Shown here one piece after another: positions 8,941 through 18,837 of a stretch of DNA of 64,000 nt. The stretch lies in NCBI RefSeq assembly GCF_031292255.1, contig NZ_JARLHN010000012.1; one strand, 5' to 3'. This stretch comes from Oryzomonas sp. GTDB lineage: Bacteria > Desulfobacterota > Desulfuromonadia > Geobacterales > Pseudopelobacteraceae. The translations under genes were made by a program, and so were the position numbers. Each line of letters starts with the position of its first letter. Positions within the stretch are counted from its first letter, which is position 1. The notes under the pieces were generated by a model, which worked only from the letters and a program-made list of their open reading frames with translations, searched no databases and was not told the DNA's origin.

Positions 8941-10035
8941 ATGGATGGATATACCACGTTACATGAGATGTTGACTTCTGCCCTGAAACAGGCCGGCGAG
9001 GAAAGCGGCATGCTGTTGGGGCAAGAGCTCGCCATCACCCTTTCGGATTCCCTCAACACCAGCAAAACGTCCTACTTCGGCGGTCTGGAAGATTCCTGTT
9101 TCGTTATCGGCGTCGAGTCACGGGAGGCCTATACCGGTCAGTTTTACCTATTATTCTCCCTGCGTGACGCCATCGTAATGAGCAGTATCCTGCTGGGCAT
9201 TCCGCCGGCCCGCATCCAGGAAAAGAAGCGCCTGTGCATCATTGAAAACGATGACATAGACGCCTTTGCCGAGATAGCCAACATGATAAATGGGGCGTTC
9301 AATACCGTTTTTCAGGGCAGTCTCCCAAACAAGGTGCACCTGAAGCTGCTTTCGCCCAAAAAATTCATCCCCGACGTCGATGAGTTGAGTGAAACCGAGC
9401 CGCTCCCCGAAGGCGACTACCTCATGTTCCGCTCGAAACTTGAGATGCCGGATCAGGAGTTGAACTATCTGGATGTGCTCATACCCGTCGAATTGGGCAA
9501 CCAGTTTGATCCTCCCGGCGAGGCGCCGGCGGCGCCGTCCGCTGAGGAGGAAGGGGCCCAGCCCGCTTCTGGCGAAGAGGCTTCGGCGGAACCGCAAACC
9601 AAGGTTACGGAAGACGATGCCGTCGCCGCTTCGCTGGAAGATGGACCGGTCGAGGATGGGATTGACAGCGTCGTGGTGCTGGGGGACGATCATGAGGAGC
9701 GCAGCCAGATGGTGGCGGCTGCCGGATCAAGCGGCTATCAGGTGGTTGAGGGGACACTCAATGCCGACATCAAGGATCTCTTCGCCGGCCGCAACGTCCG
9801 GCTGGTGCTGATAGGCTCACATGATGCGAATGATCACGAGCTGGCGGTCTGCATCAAGGTCAACGCCATCCGTCAGGATTCTCCGCCCCCAATTATCATG
9901 AGTGCCCAGCGCTGGACCAGGACAGCCGTTTTGAAAGCATTGAAGTATGGCGCCAGGGAGATTATCGTCAAGCCTTGCAGTCAAGAGGAATTAATTGCCA
10001 AGGTGCACAGGTTCTGCAAGCCGCCGGTGCAGTAG
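8941..10035 (+). CDS. CheC/CheX-like phosphatase domain fused to an atypical receiver domain
   Basis: DAFAEIANMING motif, acidic Pro/Ala linker, then a REC fold ending IIVKP with no phospho-Asp (VLIGS). Confidence 0.7.
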   Translation: MDGYTTLHEMLTSALKQAGEESGMLLGQELAITLSDSLNTSKTSYFGGLEDSCFVIGVESREAYTGQFYLLFSLRDAIVMSSILLGIPPARIQEKKRLCIIENDDIDAFAEIANMINGAFNTVFQGSLPNKVHLKLLSPKKFIPDVDELSETEPLPEGDYLMFRSKLEMPDQELNYLDVLIPVELGNQFDPPGEAPAAPSAEEEGAQPASGEEASAEPQTKVTEDDAVAASLEDGPVEDGIDSVVVLGDDHEERSQMVAAAGSSGYQVVEGTLNADIKDLFAGRNVRLVLIGSHDANDHELAVCIKVNAIRQDSPPPIIMSAQRWTRTAVLKALKYGAREIIVKPCSQEELIAKVHRFCKPPVQ

Positions 10036-10041
10036 CGGTCC

Positions 10042-12189
10042 GTGACGGTAAGGGAGTCCTATCATATGTTGTCTTCTTGGTGCGGCTTGGGTGCGCTGAA
10101 GCGCGGCACGTTTGCCGCGAATGCCATGCCGGTAGTGCTGTCGGTTATTTTTGTTGCTGCGGCGTTTTTCCCGCATTCTGCCCAGGCATCCATCCCTAAT
10201 CGTATTTTTCGGGCCGAAATCCACCCCAAACAGGGGTACACCCGTATAATTCTGCGACTCAAAGAAAACCCGCAGTTTTCCATTGTATCCCTGCCCGGCA
10301 ACAGATTGCGCCTGACGCTTCAGGATACGGACGGCCCGTTTTTTCGCAAGTACCGGCGTTATTCGGATACCAGCATCGGCGGTTTGGTGTTTTCCCGGCG
10401 GGGGGCGGACCTGCTCGTCACGTTTCAAGCGGCATCCGGGACAGGGTGGCGCGATGCCAGCATAGACGGCACCTGTGCCATTGCCCTGGATGTCGGTAAA
10501 AAATTCAGCCCGGAGCCTCCCCGCCTGTTCGCTGCCGGGCGTGAGAAAATCTGGAACGGCGTGGGGAAACTGGTACGGGATTTTGATCCGCCCTTGAAAA
10601 TTGATATTCCCTTTTTGCCGACCGATAGGCAGATCCTGAAGAATATCCTTAATGACACCGACCAGTTGGCCTTCATTGCCGCCGAGGCGGCACTCTACAA
10701 AGGGTATCTGACCGAAGCCGAGGATTCCTTCACCCAGTTTGCCTCCCGTCAGAGCGCGGTGAGGCCGCTGGCCCTCTACCGGCTCGGCGAGACATGGTAC
10801 AAGTTGCAGAAATATCCCCAGGCCTTGGCCGCCTTTCGCGAGGCTGAAAAGATCTGGCCGGCATTCCTTGGCTTCAACCCGAGTGTTACGTTTTATTATG
10901 GGGACAGCATCGCGCGGAGCGGCGACCTTGCCGGTGCCCGCGTGCTTCTTGCCCGCCTGATCGCCCAACTTGCGGACAAGAAGTTCGCTCCAACCCTGCT
11001 GGTGCGCCTGGCCGACATCCTGACCCGCCAGGGTCACGACCCGGAGGCGCTGGCCATCTATCGCACAGTGGCCGATAATTTCCCGGATAACAAGGCCAGG
11101 CAGATGGCGCGGATGCGTTTGGCCGACCGTGATTTTCTCGGCGCCACCCCGTGGAACTATCGGCGCCTGAGCGATCTCTACCTGGATATATCGAGCCAAA
11201 GTGGCGACGTGGATATGCGCGAAGAAGCCCTTTTCAAGCATATCCTGCTGCTTTCCATACATGGCGGGGCGTCCGATGCCTTGCAGCAGCTCGTGCTGTT
11301 TCAGAGAAGATTCCCGCGCGGGGTCTATGTCACCGTGTGCCGGACCATCCGGGAGGTGCTGGTTGCGCAGGCGTATCAGGAGAACAACTGGGATAAGGAT
11401 GCCCCCGGCTTGATCAGGTTTGTTGAGGAGCAGCAGGACTACTTGGCAGCCTGCATGGATGATCCCAATTTTCTCCCGCATGTTGTCAAGGCATACGACG
11501 AGGCGGCGCGCCCCATTGAACTGATCAAATTCATGACCACCCTGCTTGATCATCAGTGGGCGGCCGCCAGTGCGCCCTATCTCTATGAGGAAATCGCCTC
11601 CGATGCGGATCTTCTTGGCGATAGCGTCCTGGCCGAGAAGAGTTTGCGCACCTTCTTGCGGAAATTTCCGAACCATCCCCGTGCGCGGCTGATGCTGGAG
11701 CGTTTGGGCGGGATATATTTCGTGGGCGGTAAGTATCAGGAGGTCCGGGACACCCTGTTATGGCTGCTCAACAAGAAAGAGCATGCCCAAAAGAGCGAGA
11801 GCTACTACTTTCTCGGCCGTTCTTTGTGGGAGCAGAAGGGGTTTGGTCAGGCGATTAAGGCAATGGATCTCTATATTGCTACGGCCGGTCCAGAGGCAAA
11901 GGACGCTCACCATCTGCCCGACGCCTATTATGTGTCCGCTTCGGCCCGTCTGGCTTCGGGGGACCGCAAGGGCGCCCTGCGCATGCTTGACGCCGGCATA
12001 AAACTGCCTGACAGCGGGCGCAAAGAGGAATTCCTCTACAAGGCGGGCAAGATCAATGCCCTTGAGGGGAAAAAGCAGATCGCCCGTTCGTATTACGAGC
12101 AGGTGGTGATGAAAGGCAAGGACGAGGATTGGAAAAGGCTGGCGCAACAGGCCATTGAGTCGTTGGGGCCTGGGCCCGCCAAGCAGTAG
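10042..12189 (+). CDS. Exported tetratricopeptide-repeat protein in the flagellar cluster
   Basis: Hydrophobic signal ending SAQA, then TPR-like helices (ALYRLGETWY, SYYFLGRSLW). The true start may be a downstream ATG. Confidence 0.75.
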   Translation: MTVRESYHMLSSWCGLGALKRGTFAANAMPVVLSVIFVAAAFFPHSAQASIPNRIFRAEIHPKQGYTRIILRLKENPQFSIVSLPGNRLRLTLQDTDGPFFRKYRRYSDTSIGGLVFSRRGADLLVTFQAASGTGWRDASIDGTCAIALDVGKKFSPEPPRLFAAGREKIWNGVGKLVRDFDPPLKIDIPFLPTDRQILKNILNDTDQLAFIAAEAALYKGYLTEAEDSFTQFASRQSAVRPLALYRLGETWYKLQKYPQALAAFREAEKIWPAFLGFNPSVTFYYGDSIARSGDLAGARVLLARLIAQLADKKFAPTLLVRLADILTRQGHDPEALAIYRTVADNFPDNKARQMARMRLADRDFLGATPWNYRRLSDLYLDISSQSGDVDMREEALFKHILLLSIHGGASDALQQLVLFQRRFPRGVYVTVCRTIREVLVAQAYQENNWDKDAPGLIRFVEEQQDYLAACMDDPNFLPHVVKAYDEAARPIELIKFMTTLLDHQWAAASAPYLYEEIASDADLLGDSVLAEKSLRTFLRKFPNHPRARLMLERLGGIYFVGGKYQEVRDTLLWLLNKKEHAQKSESYYFLGRSLWEQKGFGQAIKAMDLYIATAGPEAKDAHHLPDAYYVSASARLASGDRKGALRMLDAGIKLPDSGRKEEFLYKAGKINALEGKKQIARSYYEQVVMKGKDEDWKRLAQQAIESLGPGPAKQ

Positions 12190-12209
12190 AGGCAGGGGCA
12201 GCGGGAACT

Positions 12210-12240
12210 GTCAAGAATCGGACCCGGTCAAAAAACCGAC
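12210..12240. promoter_or_regulatory. Tandem FleQ/FgrM-like enhancer boxes upstream of flgB
   Basis: GTCAAGAATCGGAC (12210-12223) and GTCAAAAAACCGAC (12227-12240), about 100 bp upstream of a sigma54 promoter. Confidence 0.55.
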
Positions 12241-12339
12241 ACGAAACTGTCGAGGATTGCGCGCGGCATGTCGTGTCGTGCGTGCTGTAACGGCGGTATT
12301 CTTGGCAGAAGGAGACCGCGGTGGTCCAGACCTTGAAAC

Positions 12340-12355
12340 GGGTATGTATTTTGCA
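12340..12355 (+). promoter_or_regulatory. sigma54 (-24/-12) promoter of flgB operon
   Basis: GGGTATGTATTTTGCA: GG at 12341-42, exactly 10 nt, GC at 12353-54. Confidence 0.75.
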
Positions 12356-12393
12356 TTATAAACCTGCATTCTTTATTGGAGGGGGGATCTACC

Positions 12394-12816
12394 ATGCCGA
12401 TTGACGGAATATTTGGCACAACCATCGATTTGCTGGGTAAAAACATCGACCTGCGTGCCAAAAGCCAAAACCTGATCTCTTCAAATATCGCCAACGCGGA
12501 AACCCCCAACTATATCCCTAAATCTCTGGACTTCGAGCAGGAATTGCAGGGTGCGGTTAAAAACGGCGGCATAGGGACACCGGCCATCACCAACCCGCGG
12601 CATCTGCCGTTGAAAGGGGCCGCAGCCCGCCTCCAGTCAGTGACCGGGCACGTCATCGAAACCCCCGCCAAGACCCCCGGCGCCGACGGCAATGGAGTGG
12701 AACTGGAAAATGAGATGGGCAAGCTGTTGCAGAACCAGATCATGTTCAACGCCTCGGTCCAGATGCTCTCTAAAAAGTTCGGTGATTTGACTACAGCGAT
12801 CAAGGGAGGCAACTAA
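12394..12816 (+). CDS. flgB: Flagellar basal-body rod protein FlgB
   Basis: NIANAETPNY and DGNGVELENEM; ATG at 12394 behind GGAGG. Confidence 0.95.
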   Translation: MPIDGIFGTTIDLLGKNIDLRAKSQNLISSNIANAETPNYIPKSLDFEQELQGAVKNGGIGTPAITNPRHLPLKGAAARLQSVTGHVIETPAKTPGADGNGVELENEMGKLLQNQIMFNASVQMLSKKFGDLTTAIKGGN

Positions 12817-13256
12817 TGGATTTTTTCAACTCCATGAATATCAGCTCTTCGGCCCTCACGGCTGAGAGGACCAGGATGAACCTGATCTCCAGCAATTTGG
12901 CCAATGCCAATACGACCCGGACCCCCGAGGGAGGGCCGTACAAACGCAAGGACGCGGTCTTTTCGGCCACCCCTGTGGAGAGCTCATTCAACCGGGTGTT
13001 GAACAGCGCTGCCGGCCAGCAGTCGCGTCAGGTGGAGGTTACGGACATCGTCGAGGACAAGACCCCTCCGCGCATGCAGTACGAGCCCGGACATCCCGAC
13101 GCCAATGCCCAGGGCTTCGTGGCCATGCCCAATGTGAACGTGGTTGAGGAGATGGCTGACATGATCAGTGCAAGCCGCAGCTATGAAGCCAATGTAACGG
13201 CTGTTCAAGCCGCCAAGGCTATGGCGCTCAAAACGCTCGAAATCAGCAGCAAGTAA
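12816..13256 (+). CDS. flgC: Flagellar basal-body rod protein FlgC
   Basis: SNLANANTTRTPEGGPYKRK, YEPGHPDA, PNVNVVEEMADMISASRSYEAN. Confidence 0.97.
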   Translation: MDFFNSMNISSSALTAERTRMNLISSNLANANTTRTPEGGPYKRKDAVFSATPVESSFNRVLNSAAGQQSRQVEVTDIVEDKTPPRMQYEPGHPDANAQGFVAMPNVNVVEEMADMISASRSYEANVTAVQAAKAMALKTLEISSK

Positions 13257-13305
13257 TTTTCAACCGAATAGTGTTGTAACCGGTTAAATTCTCTGGAGGT
13301 TTAGT

Positions 13306-13608
13306 GTGGACATAAATGGTATTGGAAGCGGTATCGGCCTCAATGCGGCCTTTCCGGAGGTCGCTGGGGCAAAATCGACGTCTCCGGTCGAAGGGGCCGG
13401 AAAATTTTTCAGTGAGCTCGTCTCCAAGGTGAACGATATGCAGACCCAGTCGGATCAGGCCATCCAGGGGCTTGCCACCGGAGAGAACACGAATCTCCAC
13501 GAGGTGATGATCTCCATGGAAAAGGCCAGCATCTCCCTCCAGTTCCTGTCGCAGGTGCGTAATAAGGCTGTCGAGGCCTATCAGGAAGTGATGCGCATGC
13601 AGGTCTAG
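13306..13608 (+). CDS. fliE: Flagellar hook-basal body protein FliE
   Basis: LHEVMI...[18 protein letters not shown]. Confidence 0.97.
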   Translation: MDINGIGSGIGLNAAFPEVAGAKSTSPVEGAGKFFSELVSKVNDMQTQSDQAIQGLATGENTNLHEVMISMEKASISLQFLSQVRNKAVEAYQEVMRMQV

Positions 13609-13688
13609 GGCGCGTGATTTCCAGCCGGCAGATTCGCCGCGCGGAGTTGGTCTGAGAGAGGCCCCGTTTCTTACCCGTACGTGAAAGG

Positions 13689-15284
13689 ATGTTGGCGCTT
13701 TACATGCCCGAAGGATTACAGAGACTTATAGAACCTTTTATGGCGCTGTCCCCCGGCAAGCGCATGCTCATTGCAGGCATAGCGCTCTTGTCGGCGTTGG
13801 CCTTCGCCGTGCTGATCTTCGTCGTCAATCGAACCGACTACCGGCCGCTCTTCACCAATCTCAGCGCGGAGGATGCCGGGGAAATCGTGAAAAAGCTGAA
13901 GGACGCCAAGACCCCTTACCAGATCACGGAAGATGGCAAGGGGATTCTCGTCCCAGCCGATAAGGTTTACGAGATGCGGCTTTCTTTGGCTTCAGAGGGA
14001 TTGCCGCAGGGCGGCGGCGTTGGCTTCGAAATATTTGACCGCAAGAATTTCGGCATGACGGAGTTCGTCCAGAAGCTCAATTACCAGCGCGCCCTCCAAG
14101 GAGAGCTTTCCCGCACCATCTCTCAGCTCAGCGGCGTCGAGCAGGCGCGCGTTCACCTGGTAATGCCGGAGAAATCACTCTTCAAGGACAGTGACAAGCC
14201 TGCCACCGCCTCCATTGTCCTCAAGATGAAGTCGAACCGTCCCCTGAACGATAACGAGGTCCAGGGGGTGGTACATCTGGTCGCTTCTTCGATCGAGGGG
14301 ATGGATCCTGAGCGCGTCACCGTCCTCGACAGCCGCGGCAAGATCCTCAGCAAAGGGGGCAGCAGCGATCCGGCTGCCCGCATGACCGCTTCCATGCAGG
14401 ATACCCAGCGCGTTTACGAGAAGAATGTTGAAGAGCGTATCCAGTCGCTGTTGGACCGTATTGTCGGATCGGGGAAATCCGTGGCGCGGGCGACAGCCAC
14501 CTTTGACTTCAAGCAGGTGGAGCGGGTTGACGAGAAGTTCGATCCGGAGACCATTGCCGTCAGGAGTGAGCAGCGCACCGAGGAAAAGGGCGCAACCAGC
14601 ACCACGGTCGCCGGTGTCCCCGGGGTACAGACCAACCTCGGCAAGGCCTCCAATAAGCCCTCGGGTTCCGGCGGCGAATCCAAGAACGATGAAACCCTCA
14701 ACTATGAAGTGAGTCGGTCAACCTCCAAAACCATTGAACCTGTCGGGACCCTGAGCAAGATATCCGTGGCCGTCCTGGTGGACGGCAAGTACGAAATGCC
14801 CGTAGCCACCAAGGACGGACAGATCGGCAAGGCAAAATATATTCCCCGCTCTCCCGACGAACTGCAGAAGATCGAGACCCTCGTAAAGAGTGCGGTCGGC
14901 TTCAACGCCGAACGGGGGGATCAGTTGAGCGTGCAGAATATCCCCTTCCAGGACATGGGCGATATCGGCGCTGCCGAAACGTCCGCATGGTGGAGCAGCC
15001 CTTTCTTCATGGCGCTTTACAAAAACCTGCTGATAGGTCTGGGGTTCCTGGCTATGGTCCTGTTTGTCGTCAGGCCGCTTCTCAAATCGCTCAAGGTAAT
15101 AAAAGCACCTGCATATGAGACGCTTGAACCGATCAACGAGTTGCCTGATAAACTCTCTTCTGCCGAAAAAACCCAGATAGCCATGCAGATGGCCGAACAG
15201 CAGACTCTTGTCGAAACGGCCAAAAAGGATCCCTATCAGGTTGCCCAGATACTTCAAAACTGGTTGGGCGAAGAGAATAAGTAA
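13689..15284 (+). CDS. fliF: Flagellar MS-ring protein FliF
   Basis: Two TM segments; GFEIFD, FGMTEF, RALQGELSRTI, ARVHL. Start may be 13704. Confidence 0.97.
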   Translation: MLALYMPEGLQRLIEPFMALSPGKRMLIAGIALLSALAFAVLIFVVNRTDYRPLFTNLSAEDAGEIVKKLKDAKTPYQITEDGKGILVPADKVYEMRLSLASEGLPQGGGVGFEIFDRKNFGMTEFVQKLNYQRALQGELSRTISQLSGVEQARVHLVMPEKSLFKDSDKPATASIVLKMKSNRPLNDNEVQGVVHLVASSIEGMDPERVTVLDSRGKILSKGGSSDPAARMTASMQDTQRVYEKNVEERIQSLLDRIVGSGKSVARATATFDFKQVERVDEKFDPETIAVRSEQRTEEKGATSTTVAGVPGVQTNLGKASNKPSGSGGESKNDETLNYEVSRSTSKTIEPVGTLSKISVAVLVDGKYEMPVATKDGQIGKAKYIPRSPDELQKIETLVKSAVGFNAERGDQLSVQNIPFQDMGDIGAAETSAWWSSPFFMALYKNLLIGLGFLAMVLFVVRPLLKSLKVIKAPAYETLEPINELPDKLSSAEKTQIAMQMAEQQTLVETAKKDPYQVAQILQNWLGEENK

Positions 15285-15313
15285 GAATATTCATATGGCG
15301 GACGGGTGTATCC

Positions 15314-16318
15314 ATGACGGGAACGATGACCGGATCTGAAAAAGCTGCCATCCTGCTGCTCTATCTTGGTAACGAGGTTACCAGTAAGGTTTTTGAGCAT
15401 ATGGATGACGACGAGATAAAAAAGATCAGCAAGAGCATGGCCCACTTGGGCCATGTGCCACGAAGCACCATCATGCAGGTGGTGGAGGATTTCACCGGCG
15501 TTATTAACCCTGAGGCGGGGATCTTTTCCCAGGGAGAGGAATTTGTTCGCAAGATCCTTGAAAAGGCGCTTGGCCCCGTCAAAGCCGAAATGCTCATGGA
15601 GGAGTTGCAGGCCTCCAGTTACGGCGACCTGGTGGATATTCTCGGCAACATGGATTCCAAGAGCATCGCCAACTTCCTGTCCCAGGAGCATCCCCAAACC
15701 GTTGCGGTCGTCCTGGCCAAGCTGAAATCCAAGCAGACCAGCGAGATAATCAGTCTGCTCCCTCAGGAGTTGCAGGCCGAAGTCGTTCTGAGGATTGCCG
15801 ATGTAGAACAGGTCTCGCCGGAAATTCTCCAGGAAATCGACGATGTCATACGACGGGAAATCAAGTCCATGGGAGGTGTTCAACGCTACAAGGTGGGTGG
15901 CGTTGAGAAGGTCGTGGACATGTTCAACCATTTTGACCGCAGCAAGGAGAAGCAGATCCTTGACAAGCTGGACGTGCTCAGCCCCCCCCTTGCCGAGATC
16001 ATTCGCAAACACCTGTTTACCTTCGAAGACATCTTCAAGCTGGATGACCGCAGTATTCAGGCCATCATGCGCGAGGTTTCCAACGACACCCTGACCCTGG
16101 CCATGAAAACGTCTCCGGACGAGGTCAAGGACAAGATCTTCAGGAACATTTCCAGCCGTGCTGCGGAAATGATCAAGGAGGATTTGGAGGTCATGGGACC
16201 GGTTCGGCTCTCGGATGTCGACAAGGCCCAGTCAGAAATCATCAAGATTGTACGTAAGATGGAAGAGGAAGGTAAGATTGTACTGGCCGGCCGCGGGGGA
16301 GACGATGTCCTCGTCTAG
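15314..16318 (+). CDS. fliG: Flagellar motor switch protein FliG
   Basis: KAAILL, EHPQ, GG hinge, LFTFED, GPVRLSDV. Confidence 0.97.
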   Translation: MTGTMTGSEKAAILLLYLGNEVTSKVFEHMDDDEIKKISKSMAHLGHVPRSTIMQVVEDFTGVINPEAGIFSQGEEFVRKILEKALGPVKAEMLMEELQASSYGDLVDILGNMDSKSIANFLSQEHPQTVAVVLAKLKSKQTSEIISLLPQELQAEVVLRIADVEQVSPEILQEIDDVIRREIKSMGGVQRYKVGGVEKVVDMFNHFDRSKEKQILDKLDVLSPPLAEIIRKHLFTFEDIFKLDDRSIQAIMREVSNDTLTLAMKTSPDEVKDKIFRNISSRAAEMIKEDLEVMGPVRLSDVDKAQSEIIKIVRKMEEEGKIVLAGRGGDDVLV

Positions 16319-17045
16319 GATCTTGAAATCCGCCAACTTCGACGGGACAGTACTGGCGGAGTTCGCCTTCAGCCAGGCTGGCCAACAGAACGGCGGGATC
16401 GCGGAGACCGGTTTCGTCCCGATGGGAATATTCGACTCGTCGGAGATCGATTCGGCGCGTAAGGCCGCGTCCTCCGACGAGTCTCCGGAAGTTGTGGAGC
16501 CTGCCGGGGTTGTCTTGACCGAGGAAGAGTTGGACCAACAACTGCGCGATGCCTTCAACAGCGGCCTCCAGGAAGGGAAAAACCTGGCCGAACGTGGTTT
16601 GGTCAATGTTTTCAGGTCGTTGCGAAGTGCTGACGAAGAGATTCGTGACCTGCGGGACAAGGTCATGCGGGAATCGGAGGATGAGCTTCTCGATCTTGTC
16701 ATGATGGTGAGCCGCAAGGTGATCCTGAGAGAGACGACGACGGACCGGTCCATCCTTGAGAGTATGATCCGATCCGCTGTTGCGTGTCTCTCTGAGCGCG
16801 ACAGGATAACGGTCCGCCTTAATCCCGATGACTACGCGATGATTACCAGCGGATACGGGGAGAATTTCCGCCAGGAGTTGCAGAATGACCAGATGAGTTT
16901 CAAGGCCGATGCCGCCGTTTTGCCGGGCAATTGCCAGATCGATACCGAGCTGGGCACCTTGGATGCCAGCATTGATGCCCAACTTGACGAAATCCACCGG
17001 CGCCTTCTTGAAGAACGAAGCCAGGCCCCGGCTTCCGACGCCTGA
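16305..17045 (+). CDS. fliH: Flagellar assembly protein FliH
   Basis: AFNSGLQEG (GxxxG), VRLNPDD, GNCQIDTELGTLDA; lies between fliG and fliI. Confidence 0.9.
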   Translation: MSSSRILKSANFDGTVLAEFAFSQAGQQNGGIAETGFVPMGIFDSSEIDSARKAASSDESPEVVEPAGVVLTEEELDQQLRDAFNSGLQEGKNLAERGLVNVFRSLRSADEEIRDLRDKVMRESEDELLDLVMMVSRKVILRETTTDRSILESMIRSAVACLSERDRITVRLNPDDYAMITSGYGENFRQELQNDQMSFKADAAVLPGNCQIDTELGTLDASIDAQLDEIHRRLLEERSQAPASDA

Positions 17046-17057
17046 CCCGGGAGCCCT

Positions 17058-18371
17058 ATGTCGCCACTCAATATGAAGAGATACCGGGCAGCGTTGGAAT
17101 CGGTCAATCCGGTCAAGCTACACGGCAAGGTCACCCAGGTAGTTGGGCTGGTGATCGAAGGATATTGTCCGGATACCTCGGTCGGGGCCATTTGCGAGAT
17201 CAAGCCGCAGGGAGGCGACCCGATTCCGGCAGAGGTCGTCGGTTTCCGCAACAACAAGACCCTGCTCATGCCGTTGGGGGAACTGCGGGGAGTGGGGCTG
17301 GACAGCCTGATCTCCGTCCGGCGGGAAAAGGCCGCAATGGGTGTGGGACCGCTGATGCTGGGACGGGTGATCGACGGTCTTGGCAACCCCATTGACGGCA
17401 AGGGGCCTGTCAGGGTGGAGGAGGAGTACCCGATCTACGCAGCGCCTGTCAACCCGATGACACGGCCTCCCATCAGGAAGCCGCTGGATCTGGGTATTCG
17501 CAGCATCAACGGCCTTTTAACCTGTGGCCAAGGACAGCGGGTCGGCATTATGGCCGGTTCCGGAGTCGGGAAATCGACGCTTTTAGGGATGATCGCCCGC
17601 TATACCGAAGCGGATGTCAACGTGATCGCCCTGATCGGTGAACGGGGCCGCGAACTCAGGGAGTTTATCGAGAAGGATCTCCAGGAAGAGGGGCTCAAGA
17701 AATCGGTGGTGGTTGTCGCAACCTCTGACCAGCCGCCGCTTGTCCGCATGCGGGGTGCCTATATCGCCACCACCATTGCCGAATACTTTCAGAAACAGGG
17801 CAAGAAGGTGCTGCTGATGATGGACTCGGCCACCCGCTTTGCCATGGCCATGCGCGAAGTCGGCTTGGCTATCGGCGAGCCGCCGACCACCAAGGGGTAC
17901 ACGCCGTCGGTCTTTGCCGCCCTGCCCAAGCTGCTGGAGCGTACCGGCAATTTCCCCGACGGCAGCATTACCGGACTTTATACCGTGCTGGTCGAGGGGG
18001 ATGACTTTAACGAACCGATATCAGACGCCATGCGCAGTATCCTGGATGGCCATATCGTTCTCTCGCGAAGCCTGGCGGCGCGCAACATCTATCCACCCAT
18101 CGATGTACTGGCCAGCGCCAGCAGGGTCATGGCCGACGTGGCACCACGCGAGCATCTGGATCTGGTCGGCAGATTTAAGGAAACCATGGCAACGTACCGC
18201 CAATCGGAGGACCTTATCAATATCGGGGCCTATAAAGCAGGCAGCAACCCCGGCATAGATTATGCTATAGCACGTTATGACGGCATTGTGGCCTATCTCA
18301 AGCAAGCTGTCCAGGACCCGGTGTCCATGGCCGATGCCGTCCAGGGTCTTAAAAGGCTTTTTGATGCCTGA
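17058..18371 (+). CDS. fliI: Flagellar export ATPase FliI
   Basis: Walker A AGSGVGKST, LIGERGRE, GEPPTTKGY. Confidence 0.97.
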   Translation: MSPLNMKRYRAALESVNPVKLHGKVTQVVGLVIEGYCPDTSVGAICEIKPQGGDPIPAEVVGFRNNKTLLMPLGELRGVGLDSLISVRREKAAMGVGPLMLGRVIDGLGNPIDGKGPVRVEEEYPIYAAPVNPMTRPPIRKPLDLGIRSINGLLTCGQGQRVGIMAGSGVGKSTLLGMIARYTEADVNVIALIGERGRELREFIEKDLQEEGLKKSVVVVATSDQPPLVRMRGAYIATTIAEYFQKQGKKVLLMMDSATRFAMAMREVGLAIGEPPTTKGYTPSVFAALPKLLERTGNFPDGSITGLYTVLVEGDDFNEPISDAMRSILDGHIVLSRSLAARNIYPPIDVLASASRVMADVAPREHLDLVGRFKETMATYRQSEDLINIGAYKAGSNPGIDYAIARYDGIVAYLKQAVQDPVSMADAVQGLKRLFDA

Positions 18372-18393
18372 ACGCCAGATGAGGTGAGTATTC

Positions 18394-18837
18394 GTGAAAG
18401 GTAATGGCTTCAAACTGCAGCAGGTACTCAACTACCGTTGCGAGATCGAAAAGATGCGCAAGCAGGAATTTGCCAGCGCTAAACGGGAGTTTGAGCATGC
18501 CGACGACCGGCTCAGGCGGGAAAAAGAACACGTGGAAAACCTTTCAGAGGAATTCTGCCACCGCATGGGAGAACTGGAGAGCATCCAGGAGATACGCATG
18601 TATGTTGATTTTATTGCCCGAAAGCGCGTGGACATTGAAAATCAAAAAGAACGGCTCGACCAGCTTGGTAACATCGTGAATGATCGACGTGCGTTTTTGC
18701 TTGACGCGACCAAGGATAAAAAGGTGCTGGAATCGCTTAAAGAAAAGAAGGCGAAAGAGTTTAGAGTGATGATGGAACATAAGGAACAGATGTTTGTGGA
18801 CGAAATATCCATCCAGAAAATGGGTAATAAACTCTGA
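18394..18837 (+). CDS. fliJ: Flagellar export protein FliJ
   Basis: FKLQQVLNYR, coiled coil, KVLESLKEK...EQMFVDE; follows fliI. Confidence 0.9.
   Translation: MKGNGFKLQQVLNYRCEIEKMRKQEFASAKREFEHADDRLRREKEHVENLSEEFCHRMGELESIQEIRMYVDFIARKRVDIENQKERLDQLGNIVNDRRAFLLDATKDKKVLESLKEKKAKEFRVMMEHKEQMFVDEISIQKMGNKL

Noticed and set aside
13260-13286. Possible sigma28 promoter before fliE (TCAA-N15-ACCGGTTA)
   Set aside because: Only 5/8 match at -10; fliE is explained by the flgB sigma54 promoter.
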